Origin: Candidatus Bathyarchaeia archaeon
Lineage (GTDB): Archaea; Thermoproteota; Bathyarchaeia; Bathyarchaeales; Bathycorpusculaceae
DNA: 64,000 bases
NCBI GenBank assembly: GCA_049512935.1
Contig: JBEKWR010000001.1
Coordinates: forward strand, 32,001-96,000
Direction: 5' to 3'
Under the pieces are notes generated by a model. The model did not search any database. It saw only the letters and a list, made by a program, of their open reading frames with translations, and was not told the origin of the DNA. The position numbers and the translations under genes were made by a program. Shown piece by piece: positions 47,023 to 57,154 of this stretch. Numbering within the stretch: the stretch's first letter is position 1; each line of letters opens with the position of its first letter.

Positions 47023-48921
47023 TCAACCATGGAACTGCGGTCGCTTGGAGAGGTACAGTGGCAACGGCAGAGGCTTGAACGGTTTACCCGCGATTTTCTC
47101 AGACACCTTAGCCACCAGCTCGTCAACAGTCATGGTTTGCTGCTGACCCTTGAGCCCGCGTTCCCTGACCGAGAGAGTGCCTGAATCGATTTCCTTCTCG
47201 CCCACGACGATGATGTAGGGTACCCACTCCTGCTCACCTTCACGAATCTTCTTCTGCAAGGTTGACGCGCTGTCGTCGATGTCTACGCGGATGCAGTGCG
47301 CAGCGATTTGCCCTGCGATTTCCTCCACTTTACTGAGGTACTTGTCAGACACTGGGATAAGCCTAACCTGGGTCGGTGAAAGCCACAGGGGCAACATGGG
47401 CGCTTTACCCTGCATCTGTTCCCGGTAAGCCTTCTCCAAAAGCGCGTAGATGTCCCGTTCTATGGCGCCGCTTGGGCTGCAGTGCAATATCAGCGGGTAC
47501 TGTTTTTCGCCTTTCTCGTCAACGAAGGTTATCTCGTAGCGTTTAGCGTTCTCAACATCAATCTGATCCGTACTTAACGCGGCGGCTTTATCCTGGTTGT
47601 CCACGAAGTTGAGGTCCCATTTGAGGACGAAGTAGAAGAACCGCTCGTTCCACACCTCAGCCAGCATGGGTTTGCCAAAAGCCTTCACGATTTCAGTGAT
47701 GAACTCTTTTTGCTCATCATAGAAGCCTCTTGTGAAGCGCATGGCAATTTCATAATCATCTTTAACGAGTCCAATGTTGCTTAGAACATCGATGCAAAGA
47801 TTGAAGCGAACCATGAACTCTTTTTTCGCTTGGTCCAAGTCAGCGCAAAACGCGTGGCAGTCTGGCATAGTGAAAGCTCGCAGACGCTTCAACCCGACAA
47901 CTTCGCCGCTTTTTTCCCGCCTGAAACTGTAACGGGTTAACTCGTAGAGTTTGATCGGAAGCTGCTTGTAGCTCATCTGTGCGTCGTGCGCCATGAGGAA
48001 CTGCCCGAAGCATGCCGCGAAACGCAGGAACAGTTCTTTGTCTTCTGATTTAAGCGTGTACTGGCGTGCTGGGAAACGATTAAGGTAGCTTGCTAAGCTG
48101 GGATGGTTGAAGTCGTACATGATCGGAGTTTCAACTTCCATGCCGCCGTAAGCCGCCACCCTAGCAGAAACATACTGCTCCAGCAGCGACTTGATCATGC
48201 GTCCCTTGGGGTACCAGCGTAGGTTTCCAGGGTCACTTCCCGGCTCATAATCCGCTATCTCAAGCCTCTTCATCAACGTCACATGCGGAGGCATCACAGT
48301 GACCGCCCGAGCTTTCTTAATCTCGTACTGCGAAAACTTCTGCAGGTTAACATGACCCTTGAACTTGAACTCTTCAATAGGCACCAGTGAACCGTCAGGC
48401 AGCAGGACATGCCAGAAAGACTGCATCTTGTCCTCAGCTTTCAACGCGGCGGAAACGGGCTCCTCCTCTTTCTTGCAGACCGCCTCAGCCTTTGCTTCCC
48501 CGGCAACGGGTGCCTGTGCGTAGCTGCGTGCCTGTTCGGCAAGCGGGTGCCCCTTGATGGAGATGGTGAACTGCTTGTTCCAGCCGAACGGAGCACGATA
48601 GGTCTCTATGCCCTTTTCTTTTGCGTAGGCTTCCATGTCTTTTATGATTTTAAGTGCTTGGCTGGGGTTGCTGAGGTTGCTGCTCAGGTGAGCGAACGGG
48701 TAAATGAGGATGCGGTTGGTTTTCTGTTTGCCCAAGAAGGCTCGCACGTCGTCGATGGCTTTCTGCGCTGTCGCGCTGTTGTCGCCTTCTTCTATCGCCG
48801 TGAACAAAACCACGACTTCTTCTATACGGTTTTCTTTCTGCTCCGCTTCTTCGGCGATGGCGATTTCTTTTTGGACAGGTTTGAAAACTATGTAGTTAGA
48901 ATGCAATTGAAGTATTCGCAT
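47023..48921 (-). CDS. thrS: Threonine--tRNA ligase (archaeal type)
   Basis: MRILQLH editing domain, YPFAHLS, LRFAACFG, RLRAFTMPD.H, HCSPSG. Confidence 0.98.
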   Translation of the reverse strand: MRILQLHSNYIVFKPVQKEIAIAEEAEQKENRIEEVVVLFTAIEEGDNSATAQKAIDDVRAFLGKQKTNRILIYPFAHLSSNLSNPSQALKIIKDMEAYAKEKGIETYRAPFGWNKQFTISIKGHPLAEQARSYAQAPVAGEAKAEAVCKKEEEPVSAALKAEDKMQSFWHVLLPDGSLVPIEEFKFKGHVNLQKFSQYEIKKARAVTVMPPHVTLMKRLEIADYEPGSDPGNLRWYPKGRMIKSLLEQYVSARVAAYGGMEVETPIMYDFNHPSLASYLNRFPARQYTLKSEDKELFLRFAACFGQFLMAHDAQMSYKQLPIKLYELTRYSFRREKSGEVVGLKRLRAFTMPDCHAFCADLDQAKKEFMVRFNLCIDVLSNIGLVKDDYEIAMRFTRGFYDEQKEFITEIVKAFGKPMLAEVWNERFFYFVLKWDLNFVDNQDKAAALSTDQIDVENAKRYEITFVDEKGEKQYPLILHCSPSGAIERDIYALLEKAYREQMQGKAPMLPLWLSPTQVRLIPVSDKYLSKVEEIAGQIAAHCIRVDIDDSASTLQKKIREGEQEWVPYIIVVGEKEIDSGTLSVRERGLKGQQQTMTVDELVAKVSEKIAGKPFKPLPLPLYLSKRPQFHG

Positions 48922-48936
48922 GTTAAACCACTCGTG

Positions 48937-49152
48937 TTAGCGACCCCAACGCCACCTATCAAGCGTCTTGTCTTTTTTAGTTTTCTTCTTGTACTCTTTG
49001 TAGTGCTCTTTACAAATTAAAGCGCGTTTTTCCTTGGTGCTAACTCCAATCCCGGCAGCCTTAACTTTATCAGCTGAGATTGAACGGACAGCTTCTCTAC
49101 TGCAGCCTGACACGCTGCATTTAGCTCCTTTTTCTATGCGACCCACAGTCAA
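48937..49152 (-). CDS. Small conserved Cys/His (zinc-binding) protein
   Basis: CSVSGC...LICKEHYK. Confidence 0.75.
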   Translation of the reverse strand: MTVGRIEKGAKCSVSGCSREAVRSISADKVKAAGIGVSTKEKRALICKEHYKEYKKKTKKDKTLDRWRWGR

Positions 49153-49187
49153 AGCCTCACGTGCACTGTTTTAACTTGTAATGTGCG

Positions 49188-50111
49188 CTATTGCTTAAGT
49201 TCCTTTTCATGCAAAACCTTTGCTCTCAGGTAGATTTCCTCTTTCTTGCCGAGGTAGGTGGGACCGATTCCTTCGACGACCAGCGAAGCAGCCGCTGAAC
49301 CCACACAGGCGCACCATAATGATTCTTTCTGCCGCAGGTACTCGGTTAGGAAGCCGCCGATGAAAACGTCTCCTGCGCCTGTTGGATCGACCAGGACTTG
49401 TGAAGGGCAGGCTGCAATGTTGTACTGTGCGCCTCCGACTGAGAGTACGGATCCTTTAGCGCCCATCGTCACGATGACTGTTGCAACGCCCATGTCGTGA
49501 ACGGCTTCAATAGCGGCTTTAAGCTCGGACGTCCCGGTTAACGCGAAAATTTCTTTCTGGGCGGACTTGTAGATGTTGATGCAGCTGAATATTCGTTTGT
49601 CAACCGAAGCGTTTTCGGTTACGTTTCCCGCTTCGTCGAAGCTTCGAAGCAACCCTTGAGGGTCAAGCGACAGGACGTCTGCGCGACGCTTCAGGTGCTC
49701 AATCACTTCGAATGACACTTCGTTAGCGATGGGCGCAACATGAATCGCCTTGGCGTTCAAATCCGCTGGCAAATCAGCCAACTCTATGGGGGCTCCCTTA
49801 CTCTTCAAAATCAAGGTTCTCTCAGACAGATCTTTGCTGTAACTCAGCTCGAAGCTTGTGGTTGGCTCTTCAGCCTTTCTAACCACACCAGACAGGTCAA
49901 TTCCTTCCTGCCTTAGCCACCAGAGGTAAGCTTCTGGAAAATTCCCGCCTACTTTAGAAATTACGGAGGCTGTTGCGCCTAACCGTCTTGCAGCCAACGA
50001 AGTGTACGTGGGCGAACCGCCTAAAACGGTGAACGGGGCAGTTCTGCTGGGCAGCAGAATTCTGTCAATGGAGAGGTGCCCGATGACTGCTAAATCCACG
50101 TTTTGAAGCAC
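49188..50111 (-). CDS. PfkB-family carbohydrate kinase
   Basis: GGS, DPQG, VT.GAKGS, DPTGAGDVF. Confidence 0.93.
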   Translation of the reverse strand: MLQNVDLAVIGHLSIDRILLPSRTAPFTVLGGSPTYTSLAARRLGATASVISKVGGNFPEAYLWWLRQEGIDLSGVVRKAEEPTTSFELSYSKDLSERTLILKSKGAPIELADLPADLNAKAIHVAPIANEVSFEVIEHLKRRADVLSLDPQGLLRSFDEAGNVTENASVDKRIFSCINIYKSAQKEIFALTGTSELKAAIEAVHDMGVATVIVTMGAKGSVLSVGGAQYNIAACPSQVLVDPTGAGDVFIGGFLTEYLRQKESLWCACVGSAAASLVVEGIGPTYLGKKEEIYLRAKVLHEKELKQ

Positions 50112-50171
50112 TGCCCTTTAGCCCCTCGATTTAATATGTGGTCATCCAAGATATAATTAACTGTTAGCAAG

Positions 50172-50537
50172 TTAGGATTGAAGCAGCAGTATAGCCTTCG
50201 CCAAATCGCCTTGGCACTCCTCAAGCGCTTCTTTGGCTTTCTCTAAGCTTTTGCCAGTTTGATCCGCCACCAGCTTTACATCTTCTTCGGAGAAAGTTGG
50301 CTGCGCTGCTTTTGCCGTTTGGCGTTGGGATGGGGTTTGCTCTGAAACTTCGCCGCCGATGACTTGATAAATTTTTTGTCCTTGCACCTGTAAAATTGCA
50401 ACTTGGGGCTCGTCGATGACGATGTCTTTGCCGCTGGTTCTGATGACAACTTGCTGAACGTCGGGGACGGTGTCCATGTTCATGCCCATACGCTGCATCA
50501 TGCGTCTCTGCTCTCTGGGGTTCATGCGCCTGTTCAT
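50172..50537 (-). CDS. nac: Nascent polypeptide-associated complex protein
   Basis: MNPRE.RRMMQRMG, EEDVKLVADQ, GDLAKAI. Confidence 0.96.
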   Translation of the reverse strand: MNRRMNPREQRRMMQRMGMNMDTVPDVQQVVIRTSGKDIVIDEPQVAILQVQGQKIYQVIGGEVSEQTPSQRQTAKAAQPTFSEEDVKLVADQTGKSLEKAKEALEECQGDLAKAILLLQS

Positions 50538-50756
50538 TATTGCTCACTTCAACGAAGTAATCTTTCAGTGGAACTTGATATAAACTTAACTTTACCAAGG
50601 TGCCCTTTACGATTTTGGCCTCATGAATAAGGCTAAACTACGGTGAAATAGAAAAGACGCAAAGCTCCCAGCAGGTACGCCGTGGTCATGCCGCCCTTGA
50701 TTTGCAGATAATTATTTTAGGCATGTTGGGGAAAATAATGAGCAGGAAATCAAAAG

Positions 50757-51980
50757 TTGAAAATCTTAAAACTGTCCCTTGTTTTACTGTGCCTTCTTTC
50801 AGTTTCTTTAATCACTGGCAGTTTGCAGCGAACGATTAGTTTTGAACAGGCCGCTGATGAGGGCGGGATGGTGAGTGGAGTGGTTGCGCATGAGATGTCT
50901 GCTGCGGAAGCGCAGTTGCTGGCGTCCTCTAACATAACGTGGGTTAGTTGTGATGTTACGTTCAATCCTTCGGACATCAGCGAATGGTACCAAGTTTATT
51001 CTTTAGCGCAGCAGTATCACCTGAATGTTGTGGGCATTCTCGACCAGCACCTTATGAACTACACTACCTTCACGTTGTCAGATTGGAGCAACGCTGTGAA
51101 GCAAGCCGTGCACGCGTTTGGAAGGTTCGTTAAAACCTGGGAAATATGGAATGAACCCAACTACAGTTGGAACGCTCTCGGCTATTTTGATGGAACCCCG
51201 CAAGCCTACGTTACTATGCTTCAAACAGCCTATAACGACATTAAAGCCATAGCGCCTTCTGACACGGTGATAGGTTTAGGAGGCATGCCGCTGTACACGA
51301 GTAACGAACCGACTTATCCCGACACGTATGCGAATCAATCCTTGGTGTGGGCGCAGCAGGTCGTTCAACTGGGCGGCATGTCTTTTTGTGATGCCATCGC
51401 TGTCCACGCTTACCCGTACGGGCAATACTATCCTCAAATTGCTGGTTATTTCTTTGAATATTACTTGCAGCAGTATAGCCGATTGTGCAACAAGCCGATT
51501 TGGCTCACGGAAGTCGGTCAAGAATCATACAGCACAAATTGGACCGCTTCAAATAGCGCGCAATCATCGTTCCTTTCGGAAAGCTACTCTTTGTTTCAAG
51601 GTTTAGGCGTCAAGGCTTACTTATGGTATGAGCTCAACGATAATTACACAGCGATTCCCGACTCTAACTTCGGTCTTTTCGACAACAGCGGAAATCAGAA
51701 ACCTGCATTCGACACGTACGTCGACGTAGTTAACGGCTTGACGCCTCCGACCGCAACTTCCACACCAACATCCGCGGCTTCACCCACGCAAAACCCAGCA
51801 ACAACCCCCGCGCCCTCGACGTCGCCTAATGCGACAGACACACCTACGCCCTTTCCTGCGGCTACCCCCACATCTGTTCCTGAGGAAAACTTTGTAGTTG
51901 ACTTAATCGTTGCTTTAATAGTTGCATTCAACGTTGCAGCATCAGTTTACGTAAAAAAGCACAGGTTAAAAAAAGAATAA
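50757..51980 (+). CDS. Secreted clan GH-A glycoside hydrolase with P/T linker and VPE-type C-terminal anchor
   Basis: WEIWNEP acid/base, AVHAY, PIWLTEVG nucleophile, FGL...KPA; VPEE-TM-basic tail. Confidence 0.85.
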   Translation: MKILKLSLVLLCLLSVSLITGSLQRTISFEQAADEGGMVSGVVAHEMSAAEAQLLASSNITWVSCDVTFNPSDISEWYQVYSLAQQYHLNVVGILDQHLMNYTTFTLSDWSNAVKQAVHAFGRFVKTWEIWNEPNYSWNALGYFDGTPQAYVTMLQTAYNDIKAIAPSDTVIGLGGMPLYTSNEPTYPDTYANQSLVWAQQVVQLGGMSFCDAIAVHAYPYGQYYPQIAGYFFEYYLQQYSRLCNKPIWLTEVGQESYSTNWTASNSAQSSFLSESYSLFQGLGVKAYLWYELNDNYTAIPDSNFGLFDNSGNQKPAFDTYVDVVNGLTPPTATSTPTSAASPTQNPATTPAPSTSPNATDTPTPFPAATPTSVPEENFVVDLIVALIVAFNVAASVYVKKHRLKKE

Positions 51981-52283
51981 CACTTTTTAAAACTTGGCAG
52001 AAACGGCTTTGCAGTTAACAAACTTGTTTCAATGGTTTTTTCGGCTAATTAACTTTGGTTCAAAGTAAGTCTTGAGCTGAAGCTGAAGACCTTTGAGTGA
52101 AAACTGAAATTCTCCTTAAAAAGTTCAATCCGACAGATTATTCAGTCTTTCTTCTTGAACAAATTTAGTGTAGATGCGGCGTTTCTCAGTAAAACATAGG
52201 AAGAACTGTCTCACGATTATTTTCTTGACAATCCTTTTTTCAGCAAAATTTTAAAAAACAAATTCAGCTACATGTTTTAGTAG

Positions 52284-53825
52284 ATGAAGAGATTACACGT
52301 GAAACAGGGCATTTTCGATTGGCGGAGTAAGGGTGCAAGTAGAAAACTTTCTTTAAGAATCGTAGTCCTGTGCATGGCGCTATTAATTATTCTTAGCGGT
52401 TTCTTTGAATATCAAATTGTGAATTTACAGAGCCAACTCTCAAGAGACCAGTCAACAATTAATTCGTTGAACACGAAAGAGGCAGCCATGAACTCGACAA
52501 TAACAAACTTAGACAACCAACTTTCGTTAGACCCAGACAGGATCGTCGACGGATTCAGCATCGTTCAAATAACGGACACCCAGTTTTTGAGCGATTCGCT
52601 TCCAGGCCTCTACAGCGGGTTAACCAGTTGGATAGCAAACAAGGCAAGCGCTTTGAATCTTACAATTGTCGTGCACACTGGCGATATCGTGCAGGTAGCC
52701 AGTTCAGCCGGTGATTGGCAAAACGCAAGCAACGCCATGATGACCCTTTACAATAACGGAGTACCATACTGCTGGAACGCTGGAAACCACGACCAAGACG
52801 AAATCAACAACACCGTAGGCCGAGGAAATCCTGACGCTTCATGGATTGGCGGAAACTACCCTGGCTTCAACGTGACAATGATGCGGAAGGAGCCTTACTG
52901 GGTCGGAGACATTTTCGACGGAAAAAGCACGGCTGTGCAATTTATCTGGGGCAACTATCATTTTATGGTTATCAACATCGAATACAACGCTAACCAAACC
53001 GTTCTCGACTGGATGCAGACTCTCGTCAAAACCAATCCGAACGTAAACGTTATCGTGGCAACGCATGATTTTCTTAATGCAACCGGCGGGTACGGCACCT
53101 TGAACCATGCAGACGTAGTTTGGGCTACCAACTTCGAAAAGCTGCTAAACAACTATCCTAACGTGTTTATGACCATAAACGGTCACGCCACTATTCCAAG
53201 CAACAGCACGGCTACGGGGTACAACAAGAAAGCAGGTAAACGAGAAGAGGTTTTCTTCAACAGACAACAATTAAACAGCCTGCAGGGTGCGGCAGCCGCG
53301 CGAATCTACACTTTTGAAATGAGCCACCCAGCCAACCCCGGTGTTGACGTTTACACTTATCAAACCTTCGGAACGCCTCATTACATCACCGACCCCATGG
53401 ATCAATTCAACTTTTCAACAAGCCTCAAAGCATACTCACCTTCCACGGTCAGCATCCCAAGCGGCACAGAATTTCTGGGATCAAGCGGCTACAGCGTGAG
53501 CTTCGCGACCTCTACAACCCTGGCGCACTTCAGCCAGAACGGTTACACGCTCAGATTCAACGATTTGACCTTGAACGGCTTTACCTCGAACTTGACAGCG
53601 ACCGCGGTCGGCGCCGACATCGTGGTAACCAACTACAACCCCGACAAAGTGCTAAGCTACATGGTTAGCCAAAGCGGCGGCACCCAAACTTTCTCGGTGA
53701 ACGCGGCGCCATCGTCCGTCGTCATCGACGGCTCACCAGCCAAGAGCGGCGACGGGTGGAGCTACTCGAAAGGTGAAGTCACAGTTACAGGCGCTGCCTC
53801 GTCAGTGACGATAAACTTAACGTAA
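52284..53825 (+). CDS. Membrane-anchored calcineurin-like metallophosphoesterase
   Basis: DTQ, HTGDIV, GNHD, ATH, NGH motifs; N-terminal TM plus coiled coil. Confidence 0.88.
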   Translation: MKRLHVKQGIFDWRSKGASRKLSLRIVVLCMALLIILSGFFEYQIVNLQSQLSRDQSTINSLNTKEAAMNSTITNLDNQLSLDPDRIVDGFSIVQITDTQFLSDSLPGLYSGLTSWIANKASALNLTIVVHTGDIVQVASSAGDWQNASNAMMTLYNNGVPYCWNAGNHDQDEINNTVGRGNPDASWIGGNYPGFNVTMMRKEPYWVGDIFDGKSTAVQFIWGNYHFMVINIEYNANQTVLDWMQTLVKTNPNVNVIVATHDFLNATGGYGTLNHADVVWATNFEKLLNNYPNVFMTINGHATIPSNSTATGYNKKAGKREEVFFNRQQLNSLQGAAAARIYTFEMSHPANPGVDVYTYQTFGTPHYITDPMDQFNFSTSLKAYSPSTVSIPSGTEFLGSSGYSVSFATSTTLAHFSQNGYTLRFNDLTLNGFTSNLTATAVGADIVVTNYNPDKVLSYMVSQSGGTQTFSVNAAPSSVVIDGSPAKSGDGWSYSKGEVTVTGAASSVTINLT

Positions 53826-53889
53826 ACGTAGTTTGCCAACACTTCAAACGCTAAACAGCAAAAGCAGATGGCAAAAAAAGAGTAAAGAA

Positions 53890-54369
53890 TCATGGACGTG
53901 CCGCACTTTTCTTTGCGCCATGCCGCACCTTAACGGCTACACCGCTTTTGAAGGCAGTCATCTCCACGCTTGAAAGAGTGGCCTTCCCAACCGCCAAAAC
54001 AGCCCCCGCCTCGTCAAGAACAATTACCTCGTCACCAGCACGGACTTCAACATCAACTTTGACCACGTGAACGGCGAAAACGTCTCCCCCAGCGGCGATG
54101 AATTCGGAAACGTCGCTCTTTGCCGTGACAAAGCAATGAGCGAAAGCCGTGTTTTCAGCCATTAACTTGGCTGCTTTAACGCTTAACGAAAGCAACCCGT
54201 CGGTTGGGCGAAGAGTAGCTAACCTTTGACCGCCTAGGCTGATGAAGCGGATTCTGCCTGTCCTCGGCGAATACTCAACCTCCACGTTCTCGGGAAACAG
54301 CTTTGAACCTACTCCCTTTCCGAATTGGTAGTCGGCAACCGCCCTTATTTTCGCGAGATCGTTCTTCAA
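53890..54369 (-). CDS. PUA-domain RNA-binding protein (archaeosine TGT/ArcS C-terminal-like)
   Basis: ADYQFG, TGRIR, DVFA.HV, GVAVKVRHG. Confidence 0.85.
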   Translation of the reverse strand: MKNDLAKIRAVADYQFGKGVGSKLFPENVEVEYSPRTGRIRFISLGGQRLATLRPTDGLLSLSVKAAKLMAENTAFAHCFVTAKSDVSEFIAAGGDVFAVHVVKVDVEVRAGDEVIVLDEAGAVLAVGKATLSSVEMTAFKSGVAVKVRHGAKKSAARP

Positions 54370-54455
54370 CTGTTCACCGTCAATATGTTTTTGCGTCTTT
54401 CGACAAGTATAAACATAACAAGATAATAAACACAGTGAAAAGGAGCAAGTTCACG

Positions 54456-54983
54456 TTGAGATGCGAAGTCTGCGGTCACAAAATCCACACCGAACCCATA
54501 ACCGCCGTAATCGAAGGGGCAAGGCTAACCGTCTGCGTAGAATGCGCAAAACACGGAAAAATAGTGCACCAAGAAGAAGTCCCGCTTCAAAAACCAGCCC
54601 TTAAAAAACCGCAGACGCCGATAACCGTCGTTCAAAAGAAACCAGCAGTTGCCAGCGTTCAAATCACTCAGGAGCTCACTCAAGACTACGCGAACAAAAT
54701 AAGAGCGGCACGGGAAAAACTGGTTCTCACGCACGAGGAACTTGGCAAAAAAATAAACGAGAAAGCCTCGGTTCTAAGAAACCTTGAAGCTGGCAAAATG
54801 GAGCCGAACAACCAGCTTGCGTCGAAGCTTGAGCACATGCTAAAAATCAAGTTGCTCGTGCCGATCTCTGAAGAAAAAGTTGGCCAGATGACTAAAACCT
54901 CCAACCCAGAGTTGACTTTAGGCGACCTGATCGAGATAGGGAAGAAAGGCGGGGAGGCTGCCTCAGAACGAAAGCCGTCATAG
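54456..54983 (+). CDS. mbf1: Multiprotein bridging factor aMBF1
   Basis: CEVCG..IEGA.L.VC.EC Zn ribbon, Cro-type HTH, TLGD; TTG start at 54456. Confidence 0.93.
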   Translation: MRCEVCGHKIHTEPITAVIEGARLTVCVECAKHGKIVHQEEVPLQKPALKKPQTPITVVQKKPAVASVQITQELTQDYANKIRAAREKLVLTHEELGKKINEKASVLRNLEAGKMEPNNQLASKLEHMLKIKLLVPISEEKVGQMTKTSNPELTLGDLIEIGKKGGEAASERKPS

Positions 54984-56239
54984 TTCAGCGTCGACTGAAC
55001 CGTGAAGAATCCAGTTTAGAAGAGCTCAAAAGATTAGCAGAATCCGCCGGGTACACTGTTGTCGGTACGCTGGAACAGACAAGACCGCCCGATGCGCGCT
55101 ACCAAATAGGCGCTGGAAAAGTAGAAGAACTCGCCAAGATGGTTCAGGAAACAGGCGCTGGCAAAGTAATTTTTGATAACCAACTGAGAACGCGTCAAAC
55201 ATACAATCTTGCAAAAGCGACACACGTGGAAGTCATTGACCGCTTTGCGCTTATACTTGAAATCTTCACCAGAAGAGCCACAACAACAGAAGCGCAGCTC
55301 CAGATTCAACTGGCAACCCTGCGAAACGAACTCAAACATGCAAAGGAAAAAGTCAGATTAGCCAAAGGAAGCGAGCAGCCTGGCTTTATGGGTCTTGGAG
55401 CTTATGAAGCAGACGTTTACCGTGACGCCATAAAACGGCAGGTTCAGACAATCCTTAAAAAACTCGTCAGAATCAGGGAAAAAAGAGTTTTGCAGCGAGA
55501 AAGGCGAACCGAGCTTGGCTTCTTGACTATTTCGCTTGCTGGATATACCAAGGCTGGAAAAAGCTCCTTGTTTAATGCTTTAACGGAAGCAACCACGATG
55601 GTTGACAAAGCGTTATTCACGACGCTTTCAACGACCACCAGGATACTGGAGTTTTCTAACCGCAAATTTCTTTTAACCGATACCGTTGGCTTCATTGACC
55701 GTTTACCCATAGCTTTGATTGAAGCGTTTCACTCCACTCTTGAAGAAACAATCTTTTCAGATCTAATAATACTGATTTTAGACTTAAGCGAGCCAATGGA
55801 AACTATTGAGAAAAAATATAATGTTTGCTTGGAAACAATCGACCGTTTGGGTGCATCTGGAATTCCAACCATAACCGCTCTAAACAAGATCGACCTGCTA
55901 ACTGAAGAAGAAAGAAACCAAAAACTCGAAGCTCTCAAAGATAAAACCAAGAATCCAATCCTCCTATCCGCAAAGTGCCAAACAAACCTTGACGAATTAA
56001 AACGGAAAATTGTCGCGACTCTTGAAAGATATGTTCAAGCACGGTTTTCTGTTCCGTTAAATGAGAGGACTATGCCGTTTATCTCATGGGTTCACGGGAA
56101 AGCAGACGTGCGGAAGGAGAATTTCACCAACGATTCAGTTGAAGTAGTCTTCGAGGCTACGCCCGAGTTAACTGACCATATAAGACGAAAAGTGGCAGAA
56201 TTAAATGGCAGATTCGAAACCAACCCAAAAACCAAGTGA
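54968..56239 (+). CDS. hflX: GTPase HflX (conserved N-terminus extends upstream of ATG 55139)
   Basis: GYTKAGKSS, FTTL, DTVGFI, NKID; upstream in-frame KAVIV...LEELKRLAESAGY...IGAGK. Confidence 0.92.
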   Translation, partial: TKAVIVQRRLNREESSLEELKRLAESAGYTVVGTLEQTRPPDARYQIGAGKVEELAKMVQETGAGKVIFDNQLRTRQTYNLAKATHVEVIDRFALILEIFTRRATTTEAQLQIQLATLRNELKHAKEKVRLAKGSEQPGFMGLGAYEADVYRDAIKRQVQTILKKLVRIREKRVLQRERRTELGFLTISLAGYTKAGKSSLFNALTEATTMVDKALFTTLSTTTRILEFSNRKFLLTDTVGFIDRLPIALIEAFHSTLEETIFSDLIILILDLSEPMETIEKKYNVCLETIDRLGASGIPTITALNKIDLLTEEERNQKLEALKDKTKNPILLSAKCQTNLDELKRKIVATLERYVQARFSVPLNERTMPFISWVHGKADVRKENFTNDSVEVVFEATPELTDHIRRKVAELNGRFETNPKTK

Positions 56240-56792
56240 CACACCCCAGATTGTCGTTTTAAGGTGGGGTCACCGACCACAGCGAGACGTGCGATTAACT
56301 ACCCATGTTGCCTTGACAGCGAGAGCGCTGTGCGCTTCAGGCTTCATCCTTTCAGACGTAAAAGACCCAAGCATAGAAGAAACAGTCAGAAAGATAACTG
56401 ACCGCTGGGGCGGCACCTTCCACTTCGAGATGGGAACCCCATGGAAAAAAGCCGTCCGCGACTGGAAAGCAAACGGCGACGTCATCGTTCATTTAACGGC
56501 TTACGGCGAAAACATTCAAACCAGCGATGTGCTACAGAGGATTAAGAGTTCAAACCGCGATGTCATGGTTGTTGTCGGCAGCCAAAAGGTCCCAGGCGAC
56601 TTCTACTCAAGCGACGTATCAGACTTCAACGTCTCCATTGGAAACCAGCCGCACTCAGAATGCGCCGCCCTCGCCGTTTTTCTGGACCGTTTCTTTGCGG
56701 GTGAAGAGTTGGCTAAGGATTTCGGCGGGGCAAAAATGAGGATTGTGCCGTCTACGAGGGGAAAGAAAATAAAAAGCGACACAGACCCCTAA
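56205..56792 (+). CDS. trm56: tRNA (cytidine56-2'-O)-methyltransferase
   Basis: LRWGHRPQRD.RLTTHVALTARA, HLTAYG, VGSQKVP, NQPHSE. Confidence 0.95.
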   Translation: MADSKPTQKPSDTPQIVVLRWGHRPQRDVRLTTHVALTARALCASGFILSDVKDPSIEETVRKITDRWGGTFHFEMGTPWKKAVRDWKANGDVIVHLTAYGENIQTSDVLQRIKSSNRDVMVVVGSQKVPGDFYSSDVSDFNVSIGNQPHSECAALAVFLDRFFAGEELAKDFGGAKMRIVPSTRGKKIKSDTDP

Positions 56793-56815
56793 TTTGTTTG
56801 CTTTCTGCAATTGGT

Positions 56816-56917
56816 TTATGGTAGTGGGTTATCGGTTAGGAATTTGATTATCTTGGCAGCTAATGTTTCGCCTATGTCCTCTCGGATGAAATGTCCCGCG
56901 TCGAAGCGTTCGTGAGG
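56816..56917 (-). pseudogene. C-terminal fragment of an alpha/beta hydrolase (haloalkane-dehalogenase-like)
   Basis: PHERFDAGHFIREDIGETLAAKIIKFL matches the AGHFxxED catalytic-His segment; an in-frame stop lies immediately upstream. Confidence 0.55.
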
Positions 56918-57154
56918 CTAGCGCGCTTAAACAGTGTTAAGCTGGACTGAAGATTTTTATGCCGAGAGTAACACAAAATCTAAGCTCAAAAGGCTTAATC
57001 TTCTAAACCGCTGTTCGAATATTAATACGAATTGCATTAGGGCTTAAAAGCAGCGCCACAACAGAAGACTTAACAGTTTCAACACAGGCAAAAGATTAAA
57101 CGCATCCGCGAGCTATAAGTGAATTTTGTTTAAGGTCGAAACGAGGAAAGCGCG

